A DNA stretch of 64,000 nucleotides from an uncultured cyanobacterium (GCA_963793425.1 CAWCAG010000009.1:864001-928000), one strand, 5' to 3'. Counted from the stretch's first letter, positions 10,673-22,144 are shown. Numbers and translations: made by a program. The notes: a model not told the origin generated them from the sequence alone.

Positions 10673-12733
10673 ATGTCTACTAATAAGCTACTTCTGAGAT
10701 TCCTCTCTAAATATCCGTTTTTAGTTGGTTTAACTGTTCTGTTAGGCTTCTCTGGAGCCATTTTTAATGGGGTAAGTACAGCTTTGGTTGTACCTCTATT
10801 ACTAGAGTTTCTAGGACAGGGAGACGAACTTTTTGATAATGCTCCCCAAGCTTTAGGAAAATTCATGTCTCTTTTTGATGGATTTCCTGAAGATAAAAGA
10901 CTTATGGCTTTGACTGGGGCTGTATTGCTAGCAATTCTGCTCAAAAACGTCGCCAACTATGCTAATGGTTTAGTAGCTGGTCACTATTCTCGCCTTCTAG
11001 TTAATGGTATACGTTTAGAAGGTTTAAAATTACTTTTAGATGTAGATTTAGATTTTTTCTCTAAACATAGAATTGGTGATATTCATAATCATTTAAGCGG
11101 AGAAGTTAATCGCACAGCAGGGGCGGTGAGGATTTTAATCCAAATGGCTTCTTTGGTTATGACCATTATGGTTTATGTTGGTACTCTCATCCTTCTATCT
11201 TGGCAATTAACCATCGCCGCAACATTTTTGCTTGGTTTAGTATCTCTTTGTAATCAATATTTTATTAAAAGAGCAAAATCTTTTGGTAAAGAGTTATCAG
11301 AAAAATCTCGTGCTTACTCTAATGCTTTTTGGGAGATATTAGGTGGCATTCGTTTAATTAAAACCGTAAGTAATGAAAATGAAGAATTTGAGCGCATCAA
11401 AGCCATAATTAGGGATAGAGAAAAAGCTGATTTTCAGTCTCAAGCTAACTTCGCGATTATTTCTCCCATCAACGAACTGCTTGGTACTCTTTCAGTTTTG
11501 GGGGTGGTGGTGATTGGAGGAATAATTTTTTCTGAAGAACAAATGAATGCCCTCTCAACTATCTTATTAACTTACTTAGTTTTGTTATTTCGCTTACTAC
11601 CAATTGTGGGGCAACTTAATGGTACTCGTAGTCGCTTTGCTAACAGCGCCCCTAGTGCCGAAATCGTCGCTGATTTTTTGAACCTTGATACCAAACCATT
11701 TATGGGTAATGGTAGTGCTGTTTATCAAAGATTAGAAGATAGTATTGAGATAGAAAACCTTAGCTTTGCTTATCCTGGACAAGAAAAACTAGTCTTAAAA
11801 AATGTTAGTATCCAAGTACCTAAAGGACAAACCATCGCCTTAGTAGGGGCTTCTGGGGCTGGTAAATCGACTTTAGCAGATTTAATACCCAGATTTTATG
11901 ATCCGATAGAAGGGCGTATTACCCTTGATGGCAAGGATATTAGAGAATACGATATCGCTAGTATTAGGCAGCAAATGGGGGTAGTTAGTCAAGATACCTT
12001 TTTGTTCAATGCCTCTATACGCAACAACATCGCCTATGCTATGCCCCAAGCTACAAATGACGATATTATTGAAGCTTCTAAAAGGGCTAATGCTTACGAA
12101 TTTATTGCTGAATTACCCCATGGTTTAGATACAGAAATAGGCGATCGCGGAGTACTCCTTTCCGGGGGACAAAGACAAAGAATTGCGATCGCTCGTGCCT
12201 TACTAAGAAATCCTGATATCCTAATTTTAGATGAAGCTACCAGCGCTTTAGATACTGTCTCAGAACGTTTAGTTCAACAAGCCATTGATGAACTATGTCG
12301 TGATCGCACCACCGTTGTGATTGCCCACCGCCTTTCTACGATCCGCAAAGCCCATCAAATTGCTGTCCTTGATAAAGGGCGAGTTGTGGAAGTGGGAAGC
12401 CATGAAGAGTTAGTTAACAAAAAGAATGGTCATTATGCCCGACTTCATTCTATGCAATTCTCTGATAAACCGAAGATCGTTTTACCCACTAATGCAGCCT
12501 TAATTAGGACTTCTTTACGGGCATCCCATGAACTTCGCACCCGCCTTTCTTATGAAGTGAGAAGCCGCCTCAATTCCATGCTTGGCTCTTTGAGGCTAGT
12601 AACTGATGATTTAGTAGATAGCAAAGAAGAACAAAATGAACTCATTGAAGAGTCCTATCGTTCTGCTTTGCATCTTCTCAACACGATTGAATATTTTGAG
12701 GTGAATGGGGCTAAGTTACCCATAGAGCGTTAG
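10673..12733 (+). CDS. ABC exporter (HepA/MsbA-like TMD-NBD) with C-terminal HisKA-like extension
   Basis: GASGAGKS, LSGGQRQR, LDEATSALD, IAHRLST; tail SHELRTRLSYEVRSRLNSMLG. Confidence 0.9.
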   Translation: MSTNKLLLRFLSKYPFLVGLTVLLGFSGAIFNGVSTALVVPLLLEFLGQGDELFDNAPQALGKFMSLFDGFPEDKRLMALTGAVLLAILLKNVANYANGLVAGHYSRLLVNGIRLEGLKLLLDVDLDFFSKHRIGDIHNHLSGEVNRTAGAVRILIQMASLVMTIMVYVGTLILLSWQLTIAATFLLGLVSLCNQYFIKRAKSFGKELSEKSRAYSNAFWEILGGIRLIKTVSNENEEFERIKAIIRDREKADFQSQANFAIISPINELLGTLSVLGVVVIGGIIFSEEQMNALSTILLTYLVLLFRLLPIVGQLNGTRSRFANSAPSAEIVADFLNLDTKPFMGNGSAVYQRLEDSIEIENLSFAYPGQEKLVLKNVSIQVPKGQTIALVGASGAGKSTLADLIPRFYDPIEGRITLDGKDIREYDIASIRQQMGVVSQDTFLFNASIRNNIAYAMPQATNDDIIEASKRANAYEFIAELPHGLDTEIGDRGVLLSGGQRQRIAIARALLRNPDILILDEATSALDTVSERLVQQAIDELCRDRTTVVIAHRLSTIRKAHQIAVLDKGRVVEVGSHEELVNKKNGHYARLHSMQFSDKPKIVLPTNAALIRTSLRASHELRTRLSYEVRSRLNSMLGSLRLVTDDLVDSKEEQNELIEESYRSALHLLNTIEYFEVNGAKLPIER

Positions 12734-12789
12734 TAATTAACCATAACGGCGATAAATTTAAAGTTAAGTCCTATTGATTTTAGGCTAAT

Positions 12790-12827
12790 TATGAAAAGAT
12801 TATGAGATTATGAGATAATTATGAAAG
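12790..12827 (+). promoter_or_regulatory. ManR-type direct-repeat operator upstream of mntCAB
   Basis: TATGAAAAGATTATGAGAT followed by TATGAGATAATTATGAAAG; resembles the cyanobacterial ManR box (TATGAAAAGAATATGAGAA as recalled). Confidence 0.75.
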
Positions 12828-12855
12828 ACATAATTATTTGATAAAATTAGTCTTC

Positions 12856-13854
12856 ATGGCAAAACCTTTATTTTTTAAAGGGTGGATCTTAATTTCTGGG
12901 GTTGCTCTAACTTTGTGGTTATGGGGTTGTGATGCCCCTACTTCTACATCAACTAAATCTGACAATTCTGGAGTTGCTACACAAGGCAAGACAGATACTC
13001 AAGGAAAAAAGAAAGTTATTACCACTTTCACAATTCTTGCAGATATGGCTCGTAATGTGGCTGGAGATAAGCTAGAGGTAGAATCAATCACCCGTATTGG
13101 GGCAGAAATTCATGGTTATGAACCAACTCCTAGTGACCTCACCAAAGCTGAAAACGCTGATTTAATTCTCTACAATGGTCTGGATTTAGAGAGGTGGTTT
13201 GAGCCATTTTACAATAATTTGGGTGATGTTCCTTCGGTACTTCTTACAGAAGGAGTCCAACCAATTCCTATTGCAGAAGGGCCATACAAAAATAAGCCCA
13301 ATCCCCATGCTTGGATGTCTCCCCAAAATGCCCTCATCTATGTGGAAAATATTCGCAAGGCTTTTGTGGAACTTGATCCTGACAATGAGGATACCTACAA
13401 TGCTAATGCAGCCTCCTATAAGGAGAAGCTTAAGGACATTGATCAAGAGCTTCAAGTCAATTTAGACCGTTTGCCGGCAAACCAGCGCTATTTAGTCAGT
13501 TGCGAGGGAGCATTTTCTTACCTTGCCAGGGATTATAAGCTGAAAGAGATTTATATGTGGCCTATCAATGCAGAACAACAATCTACCCCGAAACAGATTC
13601 AAGGGGTGATTGAAGAAGTTAAGGAAAATTCTGTACCTACTGTATTCTGCGAAAGTACTGTTAGTAGTAAAAGTCAGAAAGAAGTTGCTAAGGAAACAGG
13701 AGCAAGGTTTGGGGGGAATCTTTATGTTGATTCTCTCTCGACAACAGACGGGCCTGTACCCACTTTTCTTAATTTACTGCAATACGATGCCCGCACTATT
13801 ACAAATGGGCTTTTGGTCAATGATGTCTATGACAACGGCAAAGCCGAACAATGA
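12856..13854 (+). CDS. mntC: Mn ABC transporter substrate-binding lipoprotein
   Basis: Lipobox LWGC, EIHGYEPTP, NPHAW, CEGAFSY, YVDSL. Confidence 0.9.
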   Translation: MAKPLFFKGWILISGVALTLWLWGCDAPTSTSTKSDNSGVATQGKTDTQGKKKVITTFTILADMARNVAGDKLEVESITRIGAEIHGYEPTPSDLTKAENADLILYNGLDLERWFEPFYNNLGDVPSVLLTEGVQPIPIAEGPYKNKPNPHAWMSPQNALIYVENIRKAFVELDPDNEDTYNANAASYKEKLKDIDQELQVNLDRLPANQRYLVSCEGAFSYLARDYKLKEIYMWPINAEQQSTPKQIQGVIEEVKENSVPTVFCESTVSSKSQKEVAKETGARFGGNLYVDSLSTTDGPVPTFLNLLQYDARTITNGLLVNDVYDNGKAEQ

Positions 13855-13934
13855 TCAGTGATTCAGTGATGCCTGACGGCAACAGCAAGCCGTACAGTGA
13901 ACAATGATAAATGTTAAATGATAAATGAAATGAT

Positions 13935-14699
13935 ATGTCTCAAACTTTAGGAATAACCGTTGACAATCTTAGTATCACTTATAACAATGCTCGTCTGGCT
14001 CTTTATGATGCCAACTGCTATGTGCAACCGGGTACGATTACTGCTTTAGTAGGACCTAACGGTGGTGGTAAATCCACTTTGTTTAAAGCAATCATGGGCT
14101 TTTTAGAACCCAATCAGGGGCGTGTTAGCATTGGTGGTTTGTCTATTGCTAAAGCCCAGAAAAAACAACTGATGGCTTATGTTCCCCAGGCTGATGAAGT
14201 AGATTGGAACTTTCCTGTCAGTGTCTCAGATGTAGTGATGATGGGACGCTACGGCTATATGAACATTCTCAGGATTCCCCAAGCTAAAGACCGCCGTTTA
14301 GTACAAGAGAGTTTAGCACGGGTAGGGATGACAGAATTTGGCGATCGCCAAATTGGTGAACTTTCTGGAGGGCAGAAGAAGCGGGCTTTTTTAGCCAGGG
14401 CTTTAGCCCAAGAAAGTAAGATTATGTTGTTGGATGAACCTTTTACTGGGGTAGATATTAAAACCGAAAAAAGCATCATTGATTTGTTGCTACAACTGCG
14501 GGATGCCGGACAAACTATTTTAGTTTCTACCCATGACTTAGCCTCGATTTCTACCTTTTGCGATCGCGTCATTTTGCTTAACCAAACTATTCTTGCTGCT
14601 GGTATGACAGAAGAAGTGTTTACCGAAGACAATTTAGCAATGACTTTCGGTGGTTTACCCACAGCGACAAGCAAAAGAGTAATAGGCCATATTAGTTAA
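13935..14699 (+). CDS. mntA: Mn ABC transporter ATPase
   Basis: GPNGGGKS, LSGGQKKR, LLDEPF, STHD. Confidence 0.9.
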   Translation: MSQTLGITVDNLSITYNNARLALYDANCYVQPGTITALVGPNGGGKSTLFKAIMGFLEPNQGRVSIGGLSIAKAQKKQLMAYVPQADEVDWNFPVSVSDVVMMGRYGYMNILRIPQAKDRRLVQESLARVGMTEFGDRQIGELSGGQKKRAFLARALAQESKIMLLDEPFTGVDIKTEKSIIDLLLQLRDAGQTILVSTHDLASISTFCDRVILLNQTILAAGMTEEVFTEDNLAMTFGGLPTATSKRVIGHIS

Positions 14700-14840
14700 T
14701 AAATTAATAGACATCTCCGAGAATTAAAAACCAAATCAATTCTCATACTGAAATTATCAATTCTTACCACTGCTCCCTGCTCTCTGTTCCCTGTAGCCTA
14801 AGGCAAGGCTAACGCCAACCCTCTTTTCCGGAGATGATTA

Positions 14841-15698
14841 ATGTTATTAGATTGGTTTACAGTACCATTGCAAAGTGGTTTTATGGTGAAAGCTCTGTGG
14901 GTGAGTACCTTTGTGGGTATAGTTTGTGCTGTACTATCTTGTTACATTACCCTAAAAGGCTGGTCATTAATGGGAGATGCCGTTTCCCATGCGGTTGTAC
15001 CTGGGGTAGTTGTAGCTTATGCAATTGGTATTCCTTTTGCTGTGGGTGCTTTTCTGTTTGGTTTTGGGGCAACAGTGGCCATTGGTTATGTTAAGTCAAA
15101 AACCCGCCTCAAGGAAGATGCAGTAATTGGGGTAGTGTTTACAGGCTTTTTTGCTTTTGGGTTAGTTTTGTCAACGAAAATCCCTAGCAACATAGATTTA
15201 TTTCATATTTTGTTTGGTAATGTTTTGGGCATTTCCTCTCAAGATATCTTGCAAACTCTTATTGCCGGGTTGCTTACCCTCATAATAATTCTTTTACGGC
15301 GTAAGGATCTCTTGTTATTTTGCTTTGATCCTAACCATGCTAAGGCGATTGGCTTGAATACGCAATTTATGTACTATACTCTGCTATCAGTATTAGCCCT
15401 AACTATTGTTACTGCCCTACAAACCGCAGGGATTGTCTTGGTGGTGGCGATGTTGGTTACTCCTGGGGCAACGGCTTATCTATTAACGGATCGCTTCGAG
15501 AGAATGCTGATGATTTCCGTTGCTAGCAGTGTTTTGTCTTGCTTATTAGGAGTTTATTTTAGTTATCATTTGGATGTACCGACTGGGGGTTGCATTGTGG
15601 TGCTGTTAACAATCTTTTTCGTGGTTGCTATGATCTTTGCCCCTAAGTATGGTTTGCTGCGTCAACTTCGCTTTGCTCAAAAGTTTGATAGCCTTTAA
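14841..15698 (+). CDS. mntB: Mn ABC transporter permease
   Basis: SLMGDAVSHAVVPG and LFGNVLG motifs of the ABC-3 family. Confidence 0.9.
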   Translation: MLLDWFTVPLQSGFMVKALWVSTFVGIVCAVLSCYITLKGWSLMGDAVSHAVVPGVVVAYAIGIPFAVGAFLFGFGATVAIGYVKSKTRLKEDAVIGVVFTGFFAFGLVLSTKIPSNIDLFHILFGNVLGISSQDILQTLIAGLLTLIIILLRRKDLLLFCFDPNHAKAIGLNTQFMYYTLLSVLALTIVTALQTAGIVLVVAMLVTPGATAYLLTDRFERMLMISVASSVLSCLLGVYFSYHLDVPTGGCIVVLLTIFFVVAMIFAPKYGLLRQLRFAQKFDSL

Positions 15699-15870
15699 AG
15701 GGAGACTGGGTGAAAACTATTTCTTACTCCCTAATTTAGACAATATGTAGTTTTAATGCCTAATAGTTTTGAGCTTTTGCTGATTTTATCACCTTCATCT
15801 CTTGGTGGGGTTGATTTCCGTAGTCTAAACTTGAGACGAAACTTTTTTTTAATAGCAATCTAAATTTAAG

Positions 15871-16428
15871 ATGAAACCTATTCTTAATAAAGGGCAATTA
15901 ACAACTTGGAAAGATGATAGAGGTTTTGGTTTTATAAAGCCGGATGATGGTGGTAAAGATGTTTTCTTGCATATTAGTGCGTTGAAAAGAGTTCGCCGTC
16001 CAAAAGTTGGAGATACGATTTTATTTGAACGAGTTACTCAGCCCGATGGGAAGGTGCGGGCTGCTAAAGCCTCAATTCAAGGGGTAACACCCAGTGAAAC
16101 TTTATCAATTGGGCAGAAATTAAGTAAGCGGAAATTGAGTCGATTAGAAATGACTATTGGTATTGGTGCTATGGCTATGATTACGTTTTTTGCGATGCAA
16201 TTTAATAGTAGTGATTCTTCTTCTTCTCTTACATCTACTGTAGAGCCTGTTGCATCTACTCTAAATCCTGGATGTAACATCAAAGGTAACATTTCAATTA
16301 ACTCAGGCAACAAAATTTATCATCTTCCGGGCATGGAAGATTACCAATCAACTATTATCGATACCTCGAAAGGAGAAAGATGGTTTTGCACAGAATCAGA
16401 GGCGATTAATAGGTGTAGACTATGTTAG
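15871..16428 (+). CDS. cold-shock domain protein with TM helix and C-terminal CxIKGN...WFC domain; last residues possibly replaced
   Basis: GFGFI and VFLHISAL (RNP1/RNP2); CNIKGNIS...IYHLPG...ERWFCTESEA. Confidence 0.8.
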   Translation: MKPILNKGQLTTWKDDRGFGFIKPDDGGKDVFLHISALKRVRRPKVGDTILFERVTQPDGKVRAAKASIQGVTPSETLSIGQKLSKRKLSRLEMTIGIGAMAMITFFAMQFNSSDSSSSLTSTVEPVASTLNPGCNIKGNISINSGNKIYHLPGMEDYQSTIIDTSKGERWFCTESEAINRCRLC

Positions 16429-16565
16429 TGGCTACAAAATTATTGAAAAAAACCAGGTTCAAACAAACTAACATAATGCTTTAAAGTAATCTAATGCCGT
16501 AAATTCTTCTTCAACATTAGAGCAATCTTCTCGAAATCTATTTAATTAAAAAATAGGTTATCCGA

Positions 16566-18881
16566 ATGCTAAACAGCTTATCTCAATGGCAAATTATACC
16601 AACCTTAGAAGTACCTAACTGGTTTGTAGAAGCCGTCAAATCCTTTACTCCTGAATCTCAAGGTGATTATGCTGCCCAATTGTTATGGCATAGGGGAATT
16701 CAAGAACAACAAAAATTAGCTGGTTTTCTTAACCCAAACTTGTATAAACCGACTAGTCCTTTTGACTTTGGACAAGAGATGAAAATGGCTGTCCAAAGGC
16801 TATGGCAAGGGCGAGAAAGGGGAGAGAAAATAGTTATTTGGGGAGACTTTGATGCTGATGGCATCACTTCTACTAGCGTTTTGTGGGAAGGTTTAGGACA
16901 GTTTGTTCCGCAACAAAACCTTAGCTATTATATACCTAATCGCCTCACAGAATCCCACGGCTTAAATAAATCAGGTATTGATAGTTTAGCTAAAAAAGGA
17001 ACTCAATTAATTGTCACTTGCGATACAGGAAGTACGAACTTAAAAGAAATAGATTATGCCCAAGAATTAGGTATCGATATTATTATCACAGATCACCATA
17101 CTCTTCCTCCGGAACGTCCTCCTGTAGTAGCAATTATTAATCCTCGTAACTTTGCTGAACACCATCCCCTCTTTCATCTTTCTGGGGTAGCTGTTGCTTA
17201 TAAGTTAATAGAAGCACTCTATTTAACCATGCCGGAAGTGCCGCAACAACCTTTAGAAAATCTCTTAGATTTAGTTGCTATTGGTTTAATTGCTGATTTA
17301 GTACAATTAAGTGGAGATTGCCGTTATTTAGCGCAAAAAGGCATCTCTCAATTGCAAAAACAAACAGGAAAAAATGCCACCCGTCCTGGAGTTGCTTACC
17401 TCTTAAAGCTATGTAAAAAAACAGGCGATCGCCCCACAGATATTTCCTTTGGTTTAGGGCCAAGAATTAATGCTGTTAGTCGCATTCAAGGGGAAGCAAG
17501 CTTTTGTGTAGAACTGCTGACTAATCGCGATGCTAAATATTGTGAAAAGCTGGCTTTAGAAACAGAATTAGCGAATACTCGTCGCAAAGAAATTCAAAAG
17601 AATGTTACTGAAAATGTGAAAAGAAAATTGGCTCAAATGGATTTATCTACTACCAGGGTAATTGTTTTAGAAGATAGTCAGTGGGAAGTGGGAGTATTAG
17701 GTTTAGTAGCAGGACAAATTGCTCAAGAATATGGTCGTCCTACAGTTTTATTAACTACAACGGAAGTAGAAGAAGAAGCACCTGTAGCTAAAGGTTCAGC
17801 ACGTTCTGTGGGGGGAATTGATTTATATGAATTGATTTATTCTCAAGCTCATTTATTAAATCGTTTCGGGGGTCATCCCTTTGCGGCGGGTTTAAGCTTG
17901 CCTGTGGAAAATTTGGCTTTGTTTAAAGAAGCAATTAACCAAAAACTGAGACAAGAAAGCGGTGATGCGAACAATCTTAGTCAGGTAATTCAAGTTGATT
18001 TAACAGTTACTGTAGCGGAATTAGGGAAGGAATTATTTCGAGAACTGAAATTATTAGAACCTTGTGGCATGGGTAATCCTGTCCCTAAACTTCTAATTAA
18101 AAACTGTTGGTTTGAGCAAGTTTGGAATCGCAATCAACAAGACTATCGCGGCAAGAAAGTTCAGTATATTAAAACGACCTTTGAAATCTGGGATAGTTCC
18201 TGCAAACAAGAAGGATTTCCAGGAATTTGGTGGGGGCATTATAAAGAAGATATTCCCGGAAATAAAGAACCTTGTGATGTGGTGGTGGAGTTGGATTTTA
18301 ATACCTATGAATCTCGTTATGAAGTGCGTATCATTGATCTCAAACCCCATAGCAAAGAAGATAACAAAGCAGCTAAAATGTTAGGTGAGAACTTCTTGAT
18401 AGATATGCGTTCCCTGGAATTAAAGAAAACAGAAATAGCTAATTTTCCTGTCGCAATAGAAGAATGTCCTGGTAGTTGGGAAGAAATTAATACACCTTGT
18501 CAAAAAGCCATCGCTCATAATCAAAAAGTTGCCTTAGCTTATGCCCCATCATCAGAAATTTCTGCCCCGCAAACCTGGAAGAAATTAGTCGGCTTGGCTA
18601 AGTATCTTAACCGTACAGGGAAAATAGCAACTTCTGCTCAATTACAGGAAAAGTTAAACATCAATAGACAGACTTTGCAACTAGGTCTAGAAGCACTAAC
18701 ATCTTCCGGTTTTCAAGTGAATCAGCAGGGAAATTCTTGGCAAATAAGTTGGCAAGAAAAAGTTAACCATAACCCACAAGAAAAATTGTTAGCCTTTTGT
18801 ACCGCAGTAGAAGAAGAACAATTCAGGCGCTCTTTTTTCTATAAAGTTCCCATTTCTACTTTGCAAAATACTATTTACTAA
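16566..18881 (+). CDS. recJ: single-stranded DNA exonuclease RecJ
   Basis: GDFDADG, TCDTG, TDHH, PRINA, GSARS, GGHPFAAG. Confidence 0.95.
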   Translation: MLNSLSQWQIIPTLEVPNWFVEAVKSFTPESQGDYAAQLLWHRGIQEQQKLAGFLNPNLYKPTSPFDFGQEMKMAVQRLWQGRERGEKIVIWGDFDADGITSTSVLWEGLGQFVPQQNLSYYIPNRLTESHGLNKSGIDSLAKKGTQLIVTCDTGSTNLKEIDYAQELGIDIIITDHHTLPPERPPVVAIINPRNFAEHHPLFHLSGVAVAYKLIEALYLTMPEVPQQPLENLLDLVAIGLIADLVQLSGDCRYLAQKGISQLQKQTGKNATRPGVAYLLKLCKKTGDRPTDISFGLGPRINAVSRIQGEASFCVELLTNRDAKYCEKLALETELANTRRKEIQKNVTENVKRKLAQMDLSTTRVIVLEDSQWEVGVLGLVAGQIAQEYGRPTVLLTTTEVEEEAPVAKGSARSVGGIDLYELIYSQAHLLNRFGGHPFAAGLSLPVENLALFKEAINQKLRQESGDANNLSQVIQVDLTVTVAELGKELFRELKLLEPCGMGNPVPKLLIKNCWFEQVWNRNQQDYRGKKVQYIKTTFEIWDSSCKQEGFPGIWWGHYKEDIPGNKEPCDVVVELDFNTYESRYEVRIIDLKPHSKEDNKAAKMLGENFLIDMRSLELKKTEIANFPVAIEECPGSWEEINTPCQKAIAHNQKVALAYAPSSEISAPQTWKKLVGLAKYLNRTGKIATSAQLQEKLNINRQTLQLGLEALTSSGFQVNQQGNSWQISWQEKVNHNPQEKLLAFCTAVEEEQFRRSFFYKVPISTLQNTIY

Positions 18882-18898
18882 AACCTACATAAGTTCTC

Positions 18899-18930
18899 TT
18901 GACTTTCCAGCTAACTAGAGAGTTTATCAT
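18899..18930 (+). promoter_or_regulatory. MerR-family-type promoter (long spacer with dyad)
   Basis: TTGACT-N20-TATCAT with imperfect dyad ACTTTCCAG-CTAA-CTAGAGAGT. Confidence 0.75.
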
Positions 18931-18970
18931 GGAAATTCAATAAATAATTTAGTTATCAGTTGAATTAGTA

Positions 18971-19540
18971 ATGTCAAAACTCTCATCTAAAATAACCATA
19001 GCTTCAATTGTGATTGCAGCAATTGTCGGTGCAAGCATTTATTTTACTTCCACCCAAGGCGAAAACAAGACTGCGAATAATTCAAGTATTACTAACGATG
19101 TCAACACAGCTACTCTAACTAGCGTCTGGGATAAAGAAACCGAACCCTTCTATCAAGGAATTAAAGAAATCACTGTCTATCGTAGCCCCAACTGCGGTTG
19201 CTGTGGGGAATGGGTTAAGCACGCCCAAAAACATGGCTTTAAGGTTGAAGACATCAAAACTGAGGAAATGGAGGCACTCAAGCGAAAATACAATGTGCCT
19301 CCAGAGTTAGCATCCTGTCATACAGCCATTGTTGATGGTTATGTCATGGAAGGCCACATTCCCGTAGATGACATCAAACGTTTCCTCAAAGCAAAACTAG
19401 AGTTAGCTGGCTTAAGCGTACCAGGAATGCCTTTAGGAACCCCAGGAATGGAAGCAGGGGAAACTCAGCAGCCATTTGAAGTATTGGCATTCAATGCTAA
19501 AGGAGAAGTTGAAGTGTTTAAGGAATATCAATCTTACTAA
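18971..19540 (+). CDS. DUF411/CopG-like metal-binding protein
   Basis: SPNCGCCGEW, SCHT, EGHIP, PGMPLGTPGME. Confidence 0.9.
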   Translation: MSKLSSKITIASIVIAAIVGASIYFTSTQGENKTANNSSITNDVNTATLTSVWDKETEPFYQGIKEITVYRSPNCGCCGEWVKHAQKHGFKVEDIKTEEMEALKRKYNVPPELASCHTAIVDGYVMEGHIPVDDIKRFLKAKLELAGLSVPGMPLGTPGMEAGETQQPFEVLAFNAKGEVEVFKEYQSY

Positions 19541-19562
19541 TACAAAGTCAATTTAATTAATA

Positions 19563-20693
19563 ATGGCTAAGATTAATCGTCGCCAATTTCTCACTTTTAG
19601 CGCTGCTGGTGCTAGTACAGCTATTTTTACCAGTTGCAAGAGAGGAAAGAGTAGTTACAGCAAAACTTTAGGGAATTCTTCTCTGGACTTACCTCAACTG
19701 CACAAAAGCACCAATGGTTTATTGGAGTTAGGTTTGCAAGCTAGTGAACGTCCTGTCAATTTGGATGGGAAACAAGCAGATTTATTAACCTATAACGGAC
19801 AAATTCCTGCACCTCGCTTAGAAGCTAAAGCAGGAGATCAGGTTCGCATTCACTTTACTAACAATCTTTCCCAGCCAACCAACATTCACTATCACGGCTT
19901 GCATATTCCCATTGTAGGTAATGCAGATAATGTCTTCCTCAAAATTAAGCCAGGGGACAAACTAACCTATGAATTTAAGATTCCTCTCAATCATCCAGGC
20001 GGAACATTTTGGTATCATCCCCACTTACATGGTTTAGTTGCCGAACAGTTATTTGGGGGGTTGGCAGGCTTATTTATTGTACGGGGTGAGTTAGATGCAA
20101 TCCCGGAAATAAAAGCAGCGAAAGAAGAGTTTTTGGTATTGCAAGACTTTGCTTTAGATAACGATGGTAAACCAATTGATTCGGCGCAAATGTCTCTGAT
20201 GGCAGGGCGAGAAGGGGATATAATCACAATCAATGGTCAAGTAAATCCTTCTCTTTCTTTGTCTGAAGCAGGATTATTGCGGTTGCGAATCCTCAACGCT
20301 TCTCCTTCCCGTTTTTATCGGCTAGTTTTAGAAGATCATCCTTTTTACCAAATTGCTACTGACGGCGGCGGTATGATGGGCAGAAATAGAAATAACCGCC
20401 GCAATGAATCAATAACTTTAGCAACCCTCAACTACGAATCCTCTACCAACTCTCTATCTTTGCCAAGTAAGCTTACTTCCATCCCTCAATTGCCACAACC
20501 TCAGCAAGTGAGACGCTTTGAACTCAACCACGGCATGAATCCTGGCCTAGGCATGGGTTTTTTAATTAACGGTGAACCCTATCAAGGCGATCGCTTAGAT
20601 ACCGAAGTTAAACTTGGTACTGTGGAAGATTGGGAAATCATCAATGCAGGTAAAACTGTTTATCACTGTCATATTCTTGATCATGAAGATTAA
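19563..20693 (+). pseudogene. multicopper oxidase, internally deleted
   Basis: Tat motif RRQFL, HYHG, WYHPH and YHCHILDHED present; HPxHxH motif and terminal Met ligand missing. Confidence 0.85.
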
Positions 20694-22144
20694 TGAGACT
20701 GTCTGGAGAACAAATTCCTAACGATGGGGAAGTAATTGAAGGGGTAACAGAAGTAGATGAAGCCTTCTTAACTGGGGAATCTCGCCCCATTCCTAAACAA
20801 GAAGGAGATGAGGTGGTTGCAGATTCAGTTAACAATGCAGGTTCAATTAAGGTTAGGGTTACTCGCACTGGTAATGAAACTACCCTGAGTCAGATAATGC
20901 GTTTGGTAGAAGAAGCGCAAAACTCCCGCAGTCGCTATCAGGTTTTAGCAGATCGTACTGCTTTTTGGCTAACTTTGATTGCGATCGCAGCAGGGACATT
21001 AACGTTTATTATTTGGCTCTCTTTGTCTGATTTAGTGTTTGCTATTAACCGGACGGTAACTGTTTTGGTAATTACCTGTCCCCATGCTTTGGGTTTAGCT
21101 ATTCCTTTGGTTATTGCTAACTCTACAGCTTTGGCTGCTAAAAATGGTATTTTGGTACGCAACCGCGATGTTTTAGAAAGGGCCAAAGATATTAAAATTA
21201 TGGCTTTTGATAAGACGGGAACTTTAACGGAAGGGCATTTTGGGGTAGAGGAAGTTTATACTGAGAGTCTAGATAGAGAAGAAGCACTAGCTATTGCCGC
21301 AGCTTTGGAAACTTCTTCGGAACATCCTTTAGGTAAAGCTATAGTTGAAACCGCAGAATTGGAACAATTAGATTTACCGCAAATGAAGGATTTTGAGACA
21401 GTCACAGGGAGAGGTGTTAAAGGCAGAGTTAACGGTAAAATCTATCAGATTGGTAGACCAGAATGGATTGAAGAGTTGCAGTTGCATTTGCCTTTCTCTT
21501 TGCAAAGAGCCTTAGATATTGCCAATGAGAGGGGTGAAAGTGCAGTTGTCTTGTTGGACGAGGAAAGAGCGATCGCCGTTATTTCTCTGGCGGATAAGGT
21601 TAGAGCAAGAGCTAGGGAAACTATTAATAAATTAAAGGCAGAAAGTATCCAAGCAGTTATGATTACAGGGGATGCGGAGGCGGTTGCTAAAACAGTTGCT
21701 AAGGATTTAGGTATTGATAAATACTATGCCCGTGTATTACCTGAAGACAAGGTAAATATTATCAAACGGCTCAAACAACAGCAACCAACAGCTTTTGTAG
21801 GTGACGGGATTAACGATGCAGCAGCATTACTGGAAGCTAATATGGGTTTGGCGATTGGGGCAGGAACCAATGTAGCGATTGAATCTGCGGATTTAGTTTT
21901 AATTGAAGATGATCCTTTAGATGCAGTTAAAGCTCTTAATTTAGGGAAAAAAACCTACAGTAAGATGATTCAAAACCTCTTTTGGGCGACAGGTTACAAT
22001 GTTACTGCTATCCCCTTAGCGGCTGGAGTGCTTTCTGCTTGGGGATTTGTGCTTTCTCCTGCTATTGGGGCATTGTTGATGAGTTTATCGACAGTAATTG
22101 TGGCGATTAATGCTGTACTCTTAGGGAGAGCTAAACTTGCTTAG
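20693..22144 (+). pseudogene. P1B-3 (CopB-like) Cu-translocating ATPase lacking N-terminal domain and first TM helices
   Basis: TGES, CPH, DKTGT, SEHP, GDGIND, YN, MSLST; ORF begins inside the actuator domain. Confidence 0.85.
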
